Position numbers and translations under genes: made by a program. The notes beneath the pieces were generated by a model. It had not been told where the DNA came from, ran no database searches, and saw only the letters and a list, made by a program, of their open reading frames with translations. A stretch of 6,907 nt of DNA from Candidatus Tremblayella phenacoccinincola (GTDB taxonomy: Bacteria; Pseudomonadota; Gammaproteobacteria; Burkholderiales; Burkholderiaceae), in the NCBI RefSeq assembly GCF_002682985.1, contig NZ_MKGN01000009.1, positions 1 through 6,907 on the forward strand. Reading direction: 5' to 3'. Shown here piece after piece: positions 6,576 to 6,907 of the stretch. Each line of letters starts with the position of its first letter. The first letter of the stretch is position 1.

Positions 6576-6907
6576 AGGAGCTAGCTGTTAGGAGTGTTAG
6601 GTGCGTTAGATCCACTATGGGGAGGTGGTTATGGTTGTCTAGTAGAAGCTGTTCCCCTTTATGGATATCTTATGTCTAACTACTTCTAACTTGGTTCTAC
6701 TAATGCATTAATATATGTAGCTTAGGTTAGTCATAAGCAGATACCCCAGTCAAGACCAACACATCATAACACAGAGGCAAAAGAGACTTCAGGATACTTC
6801 AGATGTTCTTATTGGTTAGGTTCGGACAACCATCAGGCTCTTTCCCCCCCTCTTTCTGTTAGCACATATTATTAGGACTTCTTGATATGCTTCCTTGCTG
6901 CTGTTAC
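6576..6907. other. Unassigned ORF-free region downstream of groEL, truncated by the window edge; candidate structured RNA or leader, gene remnant, or foreign DNA
   Basis: All six frames carry stops; the longest stop-to-stop stretch is 49 codons with no start codon. Hand-counted GC is about 41% over 6601-6907 (126/307), against about 25-32% in the other three spacers. The region contains the 9-bp x3 repeat, TCTAAC x2 (6675-6680, 6685-6690), ACTTCAG x2 (6786-6792, 6796-6802), the palindrome TAATGCATTA (6701-6710) and a C7 run (6844-6850). Confidence 0.4.
6586..6612 (+). repeat. Three tandem 9-bp units, TGTTAGGAG / TGTTAGGTG / CGTTAGATC, starting 10 bp after the groEL stop
   Basis: Read directly from the sequence. 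GTTAG recurs at exactly 9-bp spacing (6587, 6596, 6605). Function is unknown. Confidence 0.6.

Noticed and set aside
6601-6605. GTGCG, the consensus 5' end of group II introns.
   Set aside because: It is a single 5-mer. No recognisable domain I features follow it, and no domain V or reverse-transcriptase ORF is seen in the visible sequence.
6608-6668. DnaA-box-like 9-mers in opposite orientation (AGATCCACT at 6608-6616 and TATGGATAT at 6660-6668) next to an AT-rich palindrome, suggesting a replication origin.
   Set aside because: They carry 3 and 2 mismatches to TTATCCACA. The same TATGGATAT word also occurs inside prfA (749-757). There is no cluster of good boxes and no origin-linked neighbouring genes.
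6859-6867. TTAGCACAT, which resembles the left half of the CIRCE/HrcA operator (TTAGCACTC-N9-GAGTGCTAA) and sits near a chaperonin operon.
   Set aside because: No matching right half lies 9 nt downstream (the sequence there is ACTTCTTGA). The site is downstream rather than upstream of groESL. Enterobacterales lineages use sigma-32 rather than HrcA/CIRCE.
6619-6907. A tmRNA (ssrA) hypothesis. The region starts GGGGAGG. A GCA codon lies about 87 nt in (6705), at nearly the same offset as the E. coli resume codon. It opens GCA TTA ATA TAT GTA GCT TAG (ALIYVA-stop). The stop sits in a 5-bp hairpin, GCTTA 6720-6724 with TAAGC 6734-6738, as in tmRNA helix 5.
   Set aside because: The 5' end lacks the near-universal tRNA-like-domain sequence (the GGAUUCGAC core of GGGGCUGAUUCUGGAUUCGAC). 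The tag would be only 6 residues without a canonical ALAA end. GGGGAG pairs locally with TTCCCC 6652-6657. The T-arm and ACCA 3' end would lie beyond the window. The tRNAs here are well conserved, so a tmRNA should be too. This is not excluded; it needs the downstream sequence plus ARAGORN or an Rfam tmRNA model.
6576-6907. A degraded rRNA fragment. The minus-strand reading has scattered 5-8-mers reminiscent of the 23S rRNA 3' end (GAAGCAT..AAG, TCCTGAAG, CTAACC, TAATG). There are also vague 5S-like strings on the plus strand.
   Set aside because: Only isolated short words match, the intervening sequence and most spacings do not, and a functional rRNA would be far more conserved. At best it is a chance resemblance.
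6816-6907. Edge-truncated ORF fragments. A minus-strand frame reads ...NSSKEAYQEVLIICANRKRGGKSLMVVRT-stop (stop at 6818-6816). A plus-strand frame starts at TTG 6882 (MICFLAAV...), preceded by AGGA 4 nt upstream.
   Set aside because: The fragments are only 29 and 8 codons long. I cannot recognise any homology. The codon third positions are C/G-rich, unlike every confirmed gene here. Both need the sequence beyond 6907.

Overview
This window looks like a housekeeping segment from a strongly AT-biased, reduced gammaproteobacterial genome of Enterobacterales ancestry, probably an insect endosymbiont. The GroEL, GroES, AlaRS, PanB and RF1 translations align by eye, nearly residue for residue, with the E. 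coli proteins as I remember them. Gene order is prfA (minus strand, 5' part, runs off the left edge), a 127-bp divergent spacer, then panB, alaS, tRNA-Ser(GCU), tRNA-Arg(ACG), groES and groEL (all plus strand). A 332-bp ORF-free tail runs from groEL to the right edge. Spacers are tiny: 48, 14, 3, 48 and 34 bp. The four visible stop codons are TAA or TAG, and no in-frame TGA was seen. I found no mobile element, CRISPR array, rRNA, or defence or toxin module, and I cannot honestly point to a novel multi-gene system here. The only stretch that ordinary annotation does not explain is the tail at 6576-6907. It is richer in GC than the other spacers, has stops in all six frames, and carries several short phased repeats, an excess of TTAGG/GTTAG motifs, a perfect Shine-Dalgarno sequence driving a 3-codon ORF, and a C7 run. 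It could be a structured RNA or leader, a gene remnant, or foreign or chimeric DNA. It continues past the window edge, so this cannot be resolved here. Secondary points are conserved alaS-serV-argV synteny with csrA cleanly missing, tRNAs without encoded CCA separated by 3 nt, groESL with no recognisable heat-shock promoter, and a panB with no adjacent panC.
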